Positions 1 through 9,442 of a DNA stretch of 22,891 bases are shown piece after piece. The stretch is from Zancudomyces culisetae HAW-14-8. Lineage: Eukaryota > Fungi > Kickxellomycota. The position numbers and the translations under genes are program-made. Every line of letters starts with the position of its first letter. Within the stretch, counting starts at the first letter, position 1. The stretch spans positions 1-22,891 of the forward strand of contig JBNJNM010000002.1 in NCBI GenBank assembly GCA_052426225.1, in the 5' to 3' direction. The notes below the pieces were generated by a model. The model was not told the DNA's origin, made no database searches, and saw only the letters and a program-made list of their open reading frames with translations.

Positions 1-30
1 ATTAAAAAACCAACTCGCTAACACATAACA

Positions 31-366
31 TGATGTAGAACTTACTAGTTCTAATATTATTTCTTAATATATTTCTCTATTCGTGTAGTATAATATTATG
101 TATTATTTTTTATATGTTTATACTATATTTAACTAATTTTAAATGTGGTTAAGAGTTATTTTATTCAAGTAAGTTGTGGGCGATTGTATTAACCCCCAAA
201 TATGTCCTATAATTTTGTGTTAACTATAATCTAAATTTAAACTATCCTAATTATGAATGTTGAACAAAAACCACGAGGGGAGAAAAAGTCCAATCTAAAA
301 ATACTGCTAATTATATAAAATATAAAATAGGTAGATAAATCGTTCCATCGTATTTCTCATACGACA
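31..366 (-). repeat. 3' LTR of element A
   Basis: Minus strand reads TGTCGTATGAG...CTACATCA; follows PPT+TTC as in elements C and D; 31-359 matches 4942-5270 by eye. Confidence 0.93.
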
Positions 367-3300
367 GAACCCCGCCTCCAGATTGGACCCATTGGTCGAG
401 TCTCTCTGAACCTTCCTAGCTTGGATTTCAGTGTGTTACTTACCTCGGGCAACATATATTTACTGTAATGGTATAGTTTTAACATATCCCCGTTCACCAA
501 ATCCCTGTTTCCTTCACTGTCCATTATTACATATGCTCCCTTGTTTAGTCTCCGCGTTACCTTATACGGACCTTCCCAAATGTTTTCGAGCTTTGCTTGA
601 GGTTGTTCTGTTAATTTGAGTACTATATCACCTTCTTTGAACACACTCAGTTTTACTCCTCTGTTATAAACTGCTTGCTCTTTCTCTTTAGCTGCTCTGC
701 TATTATTGAGTCCCACATTTCTTAATTCTGGTATGTCAGTTTTTATAGCTTCAATCCGCTCTTGTATGGCTAGTTCTACGTCACTTATTTCAGGTGGTGG
801 TGTCCACGTAGCCGGAGTAGCAAGTTTGATACCATAAAGTAGCTCAGCTGGACTAAATTTTGTGTTTCTGTTTCGCATAGTCCGTATTGCCAAGAGAGTC
901 TTCCATAAATACTTATCCCACTCAGTCTTGTTCTTTCGGCACTGTTTTACCAGAATATTCTTCATAGTTTGGTTTAATCTCTCCACCTGCCCATTACTCT
1001 GTGGTCTATAGGCAGTGGAGGGGGTATGTTTTATTTGCAGAAAATCATAGACTTTTGAAGCATGTTCACTAATGAATCCCGCTCCCCTATCTGTTATTAT
1101 TTGGTCTGGGACTCCGTAATATTGGACTATGTTAGTTACTATAAAGTTTACTATGGTTTCCGATTTAATGTTTTCCACTGCTTGTGCCACCGGCCATCTA
1201 GTAAAATAATCAACTCCGGTTAATATAAACCTATTTCCGTCTTTTGATGTTGGACTTATTGGGCCTACTGCATCAAGGCCGAATATACTGAAAGGCTTGT
1301 ATGTGTAGATTGGGTGTAAGTTATTCCTTTTTACGCGACTTCCTTTGTATAGCTGACAGTCGTGACATTGCTTTACCACATTCTTAACTGTTTCAAATAG
1401 GCCTTCTCCAGTGTAAATATCTTTTATTCTTTCCCAAGTGTTGCTTATTCCGTTGTGACTCTCATTGTGTATATTTTCAACTACATTCCTCATTTCATCC
1501 TCATGCAAAACTTTCTTTATGTTTCCCTTGAGTATTCGCACTAACCTGTCATTACTAACCTTGTATTTTGCTGCTCTACTTCGCAACTTTTTGCGCTCTT
1601 GTTCACTACTATTTTCAGGATATATTGTATTAGTAATAAAATTTTTAATTTTGTTATAATCTGAAAGTGATAAGGAATAAACGCTGATTTCACTATTTTC
1701 TTCCAGAGTTTTAGGTCCCAATCTTGAAAGCATGTCTGCTGGATTGTTTTTTCCTTTACAATGCACAATCGTATAATCATAATTTCTCAGGATCATAGCC
1801 CAGCGGGCTACTCTACCTGTTATCTCCTTGGAATCGAAAAGCTGCAAAAGGGACTTGTGGTCTGTCCGCACAGTAAAATGCTTTCCCCACAGATAGTACT
1901 TTAATTTCTGAATGCACCAAACAACTGCTAAACCTTCAAGATGCGAAATAGCATAATTCTTCTCATGCTTATTCGTTATTCGACTAATAAAGCAAATGGG
2001 TTTTTCACCTTCGTTAAATTGTTGAGATAAAATGCCACCAATCCCTTCAAGCGAGGCATCAGTTGTTACTATAAACTCTTTTTCCCAATCTGGGTGGGCT
2101 AGTGTTGGGGCTGATGACATCTTTTGTTTAATTTGAATAGTTGCAGTTTCGCATTCTGAATTCCAAGTCCATGGGTGTCCCTTTTTCAATAGCTTTAGTA
2201 ATGGGGCCACTGTAGTAGAAAAGTTTTCTACGTACTTTCTGTAGAATCCAATGAGGCCTAAAAAAGATTGCAATTCTTTAACGTTAGTTGGGACTTTTGC
2301 CTTTGTTATTGACTCTACTTTTTTCAAACTAGTTTTTACACCAGTTGTTGTTATAACATGTCCTAAATACTCTAGCTCCTTCATTCCCAGATGACATTTG
2401 TCATTATGAAGCTGTACTCTTCCTTTTCTAAGTAGCTCAAAAACTTCACTTAAATGTTTAAGATGTTCATCTACAGATTTTGAGTAGACTATGATGTCGT
2501 CTACAAAGACGATGGCAGTTTTCCATAATACGGGTTCCAGAACTTTTTCCATTAGGCGTTGGAATGACGCCGGACTGTTTGTTAGCCCAAATGGCATAAC
2601 GTTGTAGCAAAAGCTACCAGTACCTGGAATTGAAAACGCAGTCTTTTCTCGGTCGGCTTTGGCCATGCGGATCTGCCAAAATCCGCTCAAAGCATCTAAC
2701 GAGGTAAATACTTTTGATCCAGCTACTGCCATGAAAATATCTTCAATCGTTGGGAGAGGATACGTATCTTTTTTGGTTTGTTGATTTAGTCTTCTGTAAT
2801 CGGTACAGATACGCAACTTCCCATTTTTCTTCCACACGGTGACCACCGGTGAACACCATTCAGAGACACATTTTGATATTACACCATTTTCTTCCATAAT
2901 TTGTAATTCGTCCCGTACTTTGTTATAAAGATGGTATGGTATCCTGTATGGCTTCAACTTTATTGGTGTTTCATCTTTCAGTATTATTCTATGCTCTGCC
3001 ATGTCAGTTTGCGTTAACTGTTCTATATCATCAGCAAAAATATCCATATTTTCCTGTTTCAATTGCTCAATACGAGGATCAGTATATCTTTTGTCATTAT
3101 TCACATCCAATGTATCTTCTTTAATAATCATATATAGTTCATCACCCTCATACTCAACGTGGTCAGGTGTTTCACGTGTATATAATTTTACTAGTAGTGC
3201 TACTTTTCCTAATGGTAGCTTAAGTTCAGATTTTCCTATGTTCAATTCAGCATGATGCTGAATGAGCCAATCCATTCCCAATATCAAACTGTCGTCTTTG

Positions 3301-3521
3301 CGTTGCATGATTGTTAGATTGGCGTGGAATCTATGGTCTCCGATCTTCAAGGGAACGTCTTTAATTTTGCCCAGTGAGTAGTGCTTCTTCCCATCCGCAG
3401 TTATGATCACTTGATCATCTTCCTTGTCAGAAACCAATCCCCATGCCTCTAGTAATCTTGGCGTAGCGACAGAACACGCCGCACCAGTGTCTACTACCGC
3501 CCATATATCCTCATTGTAAAC
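357..3521 (-). CDS. pol: Pol of element A (aspartic protease, reverse transcriptase, RNase H, integrase)
   Basis: Frame is open upstream of the called start (3437) to about 3521 and reads YNEDIWAVVDTGAACS (protease); ILGMDWL; LRICTDYRRLN, MPFGLTNSP, FVDD (RT); TTDAS, TDHKSL, NPADMLSR (RNase H); HNESH..CHDC, GLDAVGP, TDRG, SNGQVERLN, WEGPY (integrase). Confidence 0.93.
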   Translation of the reverse strand, partial: VYNEDIWAVVDTGAACSVATPRLLEAWGLVSDKEDDQVIITADGKKHYSLGKIKDVPLKIGDHRFHANLTIMQRKDDSLILGMDWLIQHHAELNIGKSELKLPLGKVALLVKLYTRETPDHVEYEGDELYMIIKEDTLDVNNDKRYTDPRIEQLKQENMDIFADDIEQLTQTDMAEHRIILKDETPIKLKPYRIPYHLYNKVRDELQIMEENGVISKCVSEWCSPVVTVWKKNGKLRICTDYRRLNQQTKKDTYPLPTIEDIFMAVAGSKVFTSLDALSGFWQIRMAKADREKTAFSIPGTGSFCYNVMPFGLTNSPASFQRLMEKVLEPVLWKTAIVFVDDIIVYSKSVDEHLKHLSEVFELLRKGRVQLHNDKCHLGMKELEYLGHVITTTGVKTSLKKVESITKAKVPTNVKELQSFLGLIGFYRKYVENFSTTVAPLLKLLKKGHPWTWNSECETATIQIKQKMSSAPTLAHPDWEKEFIVTTDASLEGIGGILSQQFNEGEKPICFISRITNKHEKNYAISHLEGLAVVWCIQKLKYYLWGKHFTVRTDHKSLLQLFDSKEITGRVARWAMILRNYDYTIVHCKGKNNPADMLSRLGPKTLEENSEISVYSLSLSDYNKIKNFITNTIYPENSSEQERKKLRSRAAKYKVSNDRLVRILKGNIKKVLHEDEMRNVVENIHNESHNGISNTWERIKDIYTGEGLFETVKNVVKQCHDCQLYKGSRVKRNNLHPIYTYKPFSIFGLDAVGPISPTSKDGNRFILTGVDYFTRWPVAQAVENIKSETIVNFIVTNIVQYYGVPDQIITDRGAGFISEHASKVYDFLQIKHTPSTAYRPQSNGQVERLNQTMKNILVKQCRKNKTEWDKYLWKTLLAIRTMRNRNTKFSPAELLYGIKLATPATWTPPPEISDVELAIQERIEAIKTDIPELRNVGLNNSRAAKEKEQAVYNRGVKLSVFKEGDIVLKLTEQPQAKLENIWEGPYKVTRRLNKGAYVIMDSEGNRDLVNGDMLKLYHYSKYMLPEVSNTLKSKLGRFRETRPMGPIWRRGSVV
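370..379 (-). promoter_or_regulatory. Polypurine tract of element A
   Basis: GGAGGCGGGG followed by TTC and the LTR start TGTCG. Confidence 0.75.
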
Positions 3522-4825
3522 GTTACTATGATCCTACAGTTTGTAGTTCGTGGTAGACCAAATCTTATTTCATTAATCTCTGATTTTTTTGCTTTTTTAC
3601 AAAGATTCACCATTTCAGTATTCAGTCCAGGGGCGACACTCATTAGTTGTGGAAAAGTTATAGTTGGACACCAAGTTGACAGTTGATCCTTCAAAGAAAA
3701 GGGTTGTATCCCTTCTGCCATTCTTATTTCACTCTTTGTCTTTGACTTTGTACATACCTTAGAGCTGTCACTATCCAGTCCTGTCTCTTTTACCTGGCTA
3801 AACGTAGTACTTATAACTGGGTTGCAGGTAGATTCGGCTGAGTCTAATTTTGTTTCTTCTTCAACAATCATTGGTTCCTTGAAATTTCCTTTTAATTTTG
3901 TATTCTCCCTTACCTCACTTTGTACTTTTCTTGAATAAGGGGTACGTTTCTGAATGGTTTCTCTTCTTTGTACTGCCAATATTTCATCTTGATTATAACT
4001 ATCCCTACTTACTTCCAAAAAGTTAACGCTGTTGCTTTTTCTTGCAATCTTTAACTCCTCGTTCTCCTTCAGCTTAGGGCACTCGAATTTTCTGTGTCCT
4101 TCCTTGTGACAATGATAACAGGTAACTACACGTGGATAACTGTTATTGTATCTTTTTCTTCTGTTTTCACTTAGCCTTTTCTCAACGGCTTCATCTACTC
4201 TACTTAACAGATTTAGACTCCACTCCTCCATTTTCTCCAGCATTGCTGTGTATCCTTCACTTGGACTAGCTGTATTTAATGGAGTTTTTTCTGATTGCTG
4301 GCCGGCTACGTTGTCTTTGAAACGATTGACATTTCTTATACTCTGGTTTTCCTCTCTTTTCATTTCTGATTCTGATACTAGGCTAATCACTTCATCCCAA
4401 CTTTTTAATTTTTCTTCTCGGACTTTAACTCTGAATTCTGGCTTTAACGAGCTAACCAACCAATTAAATCTTGCATTGTCATCTTCAATTCCTACTTTAT
4501 CTAGAGCTTTTTCCATTTCATATTCCAACTCATCAATTGAGTCGAAATCTTCTTGATATATCCTCTTGAGCTTATCATAACTCAAAAAACTTTGCTCCTC
4601 TGATACATACTTTTTCTTAAATTCAATACAGAACTCTGTCCAGTTGCTAAAGTTTGTAACATTTTTCTTGTACCAGATTTGTTCTCTCTTGCCCAATTTT
4701 AGCTGAACTAGATCTGTCCAGTCTTCGTCATCCCATTTATTTAACTTTGCGATTAGTCGAAACTGCTTTAGCCATTCTTCAGGGTCAACTCCTGATGTAG
4801 CCTCGAAACTCAAAATGCTTTCCAT
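3494..4825 (-). CDS. gag: Gag of element A (CCHC zinc knuckle), out of frame with pol
   Basis: 443-aa ORF with CYHCHKEGHRKFEC; colinear with the N-terminus of element C's polyprotein (DPEEW/NPEDW, KMEEWSLNLLS/KMEEWSINLLS, FPQLMSVAP/LPQLIAVSP). Confidence 0.92.
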   Translation of the reverse strand: MESILSFEATSGVDPEEWLKQFRLIAKLNKWDDEDWTDLVQLKLGKREQIWYKKNVTNFSNWTEFCIEFKKKYVSEEQSFLSYDKLKRIYQEDFDSIDELEYEMEKALDKVGIEDDNARFNWLVSSLKPEFRVKVREEKLKSWDEVISLVSESEMKREENQSIRNVNRFKDNVAGQQSEKTPLNTASPSEGYTAMLEKMEEWSLNLLSRVDEAVEKRLSENRRKRYNNSYPRVVTCYHCHKEGHRKFECPKLKENEELKIARKSNSVNFLEVSRDSYNQDEILAVQRRETIQKRTPYSRKVQSEVRENTKLKGNFKEPMIVEEETKLDSAESTCNPVISTTFSQVKETGLDSDSSKVCTKSKTKSEIRMAEGIQPFSLKDQLSTWCPTITFPQLMSVAPGLNTEMVNLCKKAKKSEINEIRFGLPRTTNCRIIVTFTMRIYGR

Positions 4826-4922
4826 ATTCTGTAATCTTGTTATATTTTTTTGATTTTTATTTATTTTTTTCTTTTTAAACTTACTATAATAATTGAATAT
4901 TAGAAAATTGTATAGTAATTAG

Positions 4923-4940
4923 GCCTAGCTGGAAGCGCCA
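4923..4940 (-). promoter_or_regulatory. Primer-binding site of element A (cognate tRNA not identified)
   Basis: TGGCGCTTCCAGCTAGG 1 nt after the 5' LTR end; shares TCCAGCYAGG with element C's PBS. Confidence 0.7.
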
Positions 4941-4941
4941 C

Positions 4942-5274
4942 TGATGTAGAACTTACTAGTTCTAATATTATTTCTTAATATATTTCTCTATTCGTGTAGT
5001 ATAATATTATGTATTATTTTTTATATGTTTATACTATATTTAACTAATTTTAAATGTGGTTAAGAGTTATTTTATTCAAGTAAGTTGTGGGCGATTGTAT
5101 TAACCCCCAAATATGTCCTATAATTTTGTGTTAACTATAATCTAAATTTAAACTATCCTAATTATGAATGTTGAACAAAAACCACGAGGGGAGAAAAAGT
5201 CCAATCTAAAAATACTGCTAATTATATAAAATATAAAATAGGTAGATAAATCGTTCCATCGTATTTCTCATAGA
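4942..5274 (-). repeat. 5' LTR of element A (outer end interrupted by element B)
   Basis: Matches 31-361; removing B restores ...TTCTCATAGACA versus ...TTCTCATACGACA in the 3' LTR. Confidence 0.92.
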
Positions 5275-6040
5275 TGTCGCATTATTAACAATTTGTACAA
5301 TAGCACGTGGATGTGCCTGAAAATGGTACACTCAGTGCGAAAATGCAAATTCATTTTTGTTTACTTTTTTTAAATAAATTCAAATAATTTCGAGCTCAGT
5401 ATGCAATCAATTTTTCATACTGAGCTAGTTCAATAATGATGAATGTAAAATGTAAAATGATCCCATGCATTTTACATTTATCATTAATAACAAACAAATT
5501 ATTAATAATATTATAACAATAGTCATATTTTAGTATTTAGTTTTATATAGTGGTTTAACATTCGAATAGTATATTTAAGGAGACGTATGGATGACATATG
5601 AAAACATCATCCATGTCTCGATACGGAATACTATAATAAAATAATTAAATAAAATCAAATATAAACCAAAAGATAAATTAGCAATAATGTTTTTAAACAG
5701 TTGGATTGGAACCGAATGTGACTCCAGGAGGGAGTCACACACTTCTACCAGCATGAGCAGGGGCAGCAGCATGGATCAGGATGCAGGGGTATTAAGTCCC
5801 CGCACCCTTGGTGAGTTGACAGAAAGTGTCCGTCAACTCCAGATCCGTAGGAGCCCGGAAGAAATGTCGGTGAGTACAATTTCACCGACACTGTACAGGG
5901 GTATTAGCTCACCCGAGCACCCCTCGATGCACATTGCATTACGCAATAGAAGTGCATCAACCATCAGTGATCGTACCAGAACCGGTATAACACGTGATGG
6001 TAGCGCTAATGGAAGTAGTGATACTTCACATTATGCGACA
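5275..6040 (+). repeat. 5' LTR of element B
   Basis: Same length as 8179-8944 with no differences seen; identical 65-aa and 118-aa translations in both copies; 8-bp terminal inverted repeat. Confidence 0.95.
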
Positions 6041-8167
6041 TGGCGTCAGCGACAGGATCATCATTCTACTGATGATCACATGGATAGAAGACCGATGAGT
6101 GCAAGCCCGGAATTGTATGAATCACCAGCACTGTACTTCTCACCTAGAAGTTCTGATAGTGCGAGAACACCGTCACCACCTAGTCCCACGACTGCACAAG
6201 TTGCGAAAAGATTGTTTGTAAGCGGGGTTAATAAAATAAAGGAGTACGCACCGAAAACCATTGAAATTTTTAATTTTGATACTGCACCAGGAAAACAAAA
6301 AGAAAATACTAAAACAGAAGCGAGTACCAGCAAAATAAGACAACAAGTAATAGGGAGTAAATCAGCTAAAGAAGTGTTGGAATCAAACGTGAAGGCTACT
6401 CAGGAGCGAATGAGGAAAGGTCAAGATAACAATGCACCAGGTTGGTTACCAGCACCACCGGCACCGTTTAGCAATTCATGGGATCAAGATCCCGAGGAGT
6501 TTTTGAATAAGTTTTGCAAACATGTGAACTCATTGGAGCAGATTTTAACATTAGAGGAAACTTACCAGTACTTGGAAACTTTGTTGGAAGGCTCGATAAA
6601 GAAAACTTTAATGGATCTTATGGTTATAGAAGACAACTGGGAAGATTATTGCAAAATGTTTATAAACACTTGCAATAAATACAGGGATACTTCGGAGGCA
6701 CGGAAACAGTTTGAAAAGTACAATTTATATATTAATAACCCAATAACAACTTTTGCCGATTTAAAGAGATTATTTAAAAATATGAAAGTTGATGACGAAA
6801 CTAAAATGACAGAAGAAGTTTTTAAAAAACTAAACCCGTCGGATAAACAGCATTTAAGGAATAATAAGGAAAGTATTACCATGAAGTCAATGTTAAAATA
6901 TATGTTACAACGTGAGGAAGATATATTGGAATCGAAAAAGGCTCAGGGAAAAATAAATACAAAATCAGATAATAACAAAAATACTAAAATTACAAATACA
7001 TATAAAAAACATTTTGAGAATAACACTATTCAGAATGGTAACAAAAGTGATTATTATAACAGTGAAGAGCAGGATAATAACCAGTTTAAAATTAGAGGGT
7101 TAACAAGGAAAATATCGGAAGATAAATACGAAACTCCAACCAAAGCAGGGAAACAGCAGCGGTCAGACATTAGTAAGGTAAAGTGCTATAAGTGTCAACA
7201 ATACGGACATTATGCTAATAACTGTTCGACAGAGCTGGAAGACATAGAGATGAGAACAGCAACACCAATAAAGAGAATTGAGGATAACCCGAAGGAAATA
7301 AATTGGGTCGAAGTACAAGAAGGAACCAATGAACATCCCATATACACCCAGGACGAATTAAGCACCAAGATAAATGCTATCATAGGCAAAGTAAAAATTA
7401 ACGGCAATGAAACCAGTTTTCAATACGACAGCGGAGCTGCCACAAACTTGATGAGTCACACCATGGCAGAAACTCTTGGATTAGGGATAGGAGAAGAAAC
7501 AGATACTACTTTAGTAGGAATAGGAGGACACCAGTCTAAGCCAAAGTATTACCCATCAGTGAAGTTAAATTTTGATACGTTTACACTAAATGCACCTATA
7601 TATTCTATAGAACATGGAAAACCAAACTTACTGTTGTTAGGAGTTGACTTAATTGCAAGCTTGAAAGCTAACATAAATTTGAAAGACAACCTGATAACCT
7701 GCACAATAAAAGGGATAAATCATAAAATACCGATAGCTTTAAGAAAGGAGGATTCGAGCGTAATCAAGGAAAACGAAAAAATTTGTAACACTGTTGAAGT
7801 TTTGGCCAAAACGAACCCAAAGTCTAGTAAGAAAAAGATTGGGAAAACTACAAAACATAACTATTACAATAATGAAATGGAACTTACCGACTGGAAAAAT
7901 TCAGGAGAGAAAACCATGATTCAGGACCATAATTGTAAAAATTCGAAATCTAACAAAGTTACAAAGGTCAAAAGTGAAAACAGTATACTGGAAAATTTTA
8001 AAATTAAGGACCTACAATTAAAATCTAAAAATATAAATGAAAACGAAAATGAAAATTGGAAATTTGAACATGATACAAAAGACAAATGTATATCAAGAGA
8101 CCTAACCGAAAACAAAAAAATAAAACAACCAACGACAGTTCCAATGATCGAGGACGATCAGACTTAA
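5687..8167 (+). CDS. gag: Gag-protease polyprotein of element B (start codon uncertain; frame opens inside the LTR)
   Basis: 826-aa ORF; capsid-like DPEEFL region; CYKCQQYGHYANNC zinc knuckle; retropepsin FQYDSGA...LLLGVDL; stop codon at the PPT. Confidence 0.88.
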   Translation: MFLNSWIGTECDSRRESHTSTSMSRGSSMDQDAGVLSPRTLGELTESVRQLQIRRSPEEMSVSTISPTLYRGISSPEHPSMHIALRNRSASTISDRTRTGITRDGSANGSSDTSHYATWRQRQDHHSTDDHMDRRPMSASPELYESPALYFSPRSSDSARTPSPPSPTTAQVAKRLFVSGVNKIKEYAPKTIEIFNFDTAPGKQKENTKTEASTSKIRQQVIGSKSAKEVLESNVKATQERMRKGQDNNAPGWLPAPPAPFSNSWDQDPEEFLNKFCKHVNSLEQILTLEETYQYLETLLEGSIKKTLMDLMVIEDNWEDYCKMFINTCNKYRDTSEARKQFEKYNLYINNPITTFADLKRLFKNMKVDDETKMTEEVFKKLNPSDKQHLRNNKESITMKSMLKYMLQREEDILESKKAQGKINTKSDNNKNTKITNTYKKHFENNTIQNGNKSDYYNSEEQDNNQFKIRGLTRKISEDKYETPTKAGKQQRSDISKVKCYKCQQYGHYANNCSTELEDIEMRTATPIKRIEDNPKEINWVEVQEGTNEHPIYTQDELSTKINAIIGKVKINGNETSFQYDSGAATNLMSHTMAETLGLGIGEETDTTLVGIGGHQSKPKYYPSVKLNFDTFTLNAPIYSIEHGKPNLLLLGVDLIASLKANINLKDNLITCTIKGINHKIPIALRKEDSSVIKENEKICNTVEVLAKTNPKSSKKKIGKTTKHNYYNNEMELTDWKNSGEKTMIQDHNCKNSKSNKVTKVKSENSILENFKIKDLQLKSKNINENENENWKFEHDTKDKCISRDLTENKKIKQPTTVPMIEDDQT
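6041..6058 (+). promoter_or_regulatory. Primer-binding site of element B, probably tRNA-Ser
   Basis: TGGCGTCAGCGACAGGAT directly after the LTR; its complement ATCCTGTCGCTGACG-CCA has the form of a eukaryotic tRNA-Ser 3' end. Confidence 0.75.
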
Positions 8168-8178
8168 AAGGGGAGGAA
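8166..8178 (+). promoter_or_regulatory. Polypurine tract of element B
   Basis: AAAAGGGGAGGAA immediately before the 3' LTR TG. Confidence 0.85.
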
Positions 8179-8944
8179 TGTCGCATTATTAACAATTTGT
8201 ACAATAGCACGTGGATGTGCCTGAAAATGGTACACTCAGTGCGAAAATGCAAATTCATTTTTGTTTACTTTTTTTAAATAAATTCAAATAATTTCGAGCT
8301 CAGTATGCAATCAATTTTTCATACTGAGCTAGTTCAATAATGATGAATGTAAAATGTAAAATGATCCCATGCATTTTACATTTATCATTAATAACAAACA
8401 AATTATTAATAATATTATAACAATAGTCATATTTTAGTATTTAGTTTTATATAGTGGTTTAACATTCGAATAGTATATTTAAGGAGACGTATGGATGACA
8501 TATGAAAACATCATCCATGTCTCGATACGGAATACTATAATAAAATAATTAAATAAAATCAAATATAAACCAAAAGATAAATTAGCAATAATGTTTTTAA
8601 ACAGTTGGATTGGAACCGAATGTGACTCCAGGAGGGAGTCACACACTTCTACCAGCATGAGCAGGGGCAGCAGCATGGATCAGGATGCAGGGGTATTAAG
8701 TCCCCGCACCCTTGGTGAGTTGACAGAAAGTGTCCGTCAACTCCAGATCCGTAGGAGCCCGGAAGAAATGTCGGTGAGTACAATTTCACCGACACTGTAC
8801 AGGGGTATTAGCTCACCCGAGCACCCCTCGATGCACATTGCATTACGCAATAGAAGTGCATCAACCATCAGTGATCGTACCAGAACCGGTATAACACGTG
8901 ATGGTAGCGCTAATGGAAGTAGTGATACTTCACATTATGCGACA
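8179..8944 (+). repeat. 3' LTR of element B
   Basis: Direct repeat of 5275-6040. Confidence 0.95.
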
Positions 8945-8953
8945 TAGACAAAC

Positions 8954-9372
8954 TGTTGCATAATTAATTATATATTATAAAAAATACGAATTGACAAAGT
9001 CAATTCTGATAAATTACTATATTAAAATTAGTGGAAAAATTGGACTCTTTTTTCCCTAACAATTTGGGTTTTTTTAATGAGCCAAGAAATTACAAAACAA
9101 AAATTGATAACACAAAAAAATTGAGATAACAAAATAGATGGAAAAAAAATAGTTTATATATAAATTTTATTTATAGTTTGGAAGAATAACTTTTAGGATA
9201 ACAACTTTTTAGCAATAAAAAATAAAGAATAATAACCAAAATAATAAGCAAGTCTTAATAGTTAGTTAGAGTTTCGAACAAAACAAGTAGATAATTAACT
9301 TTTCTATTAAATTTTAAACCAACTAAATACGAATAACTACGACTACTAGCAGAAAAGGGTCGAAAGTTAACA
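8954..9372 (+). repeat. 5' LTR of element C
   Basis: Direct repeat of 13852-14270 with TG...CA ends. Confidence 0.95.
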
Positions 9373-9373
9373 G

Positions 9374-9391
9374 TGGTGATCCAGCCAGGAC
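9374..9391 (+). promoter_or_regulatory. Primer-binding site of element C (tRNA-Arg-like, tentative)
   Basis: TGGTGATCCAGCCAGGAC; complement GTCCTGGCTGGATCA-CCA fits T-stem plus acceptor-stem geometry. Confidence 0.72.
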
Positions 9392-9442
9392 TTGGAGTCC
9401 GTTTTATAGCTAAAATATTAAATAAACACCTTTAAATCAAAC

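Larger units (their letters stand above)
31..5274 (-). mobile_element. Ty3/gypsy LTR retrotransposon A, full length; last 2 nt (CA) of its 5' LTR displaced to 8949-8950 by element B
   Basis: Direct repeats 31-361 and 4942-5272; domain order gag-PR-RT-RH-IN on the minus strand; PBS-like TGG motif beside the 5' LTR and a purine tract beside the 3' LTR; left flank AACA (27-30) matches AAC(A) at 8951-8953 plus 14271 once C is removed. Confidence 0.95.
5275..8944 (+). mobile_element. Non-autonomous LTR retrotransposon B (Gag+protease only, 3670 bp)
   Basis: 766-bp LTRs TGTCGCAT...ATGCGACA; 4-bp TSD TAGA (5271-5274 and 8945-8948); PBS at 6041; PPT at 8166-8178; no RT, RNase H or integrase motifs. 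Confidence 0.93.

Noticed and set aside
31-359. A's LTR as exactly 329 bp ending at 359/5270 (TG...CA)
   Set aside because: PPT spacing and homology with C and D put the true end at 366; the shorter match results from B's insertion in the other LTR.
9374-9391. Idea that the neighbouring tRNAs are the elements' RT primers
   Set aside because: The PBSs of A, B and C do not match the complements of the Leu (TGGTGGTATCAGTGAG) or Ile (TGGTGCTCTGTACAGG) 3' ends.
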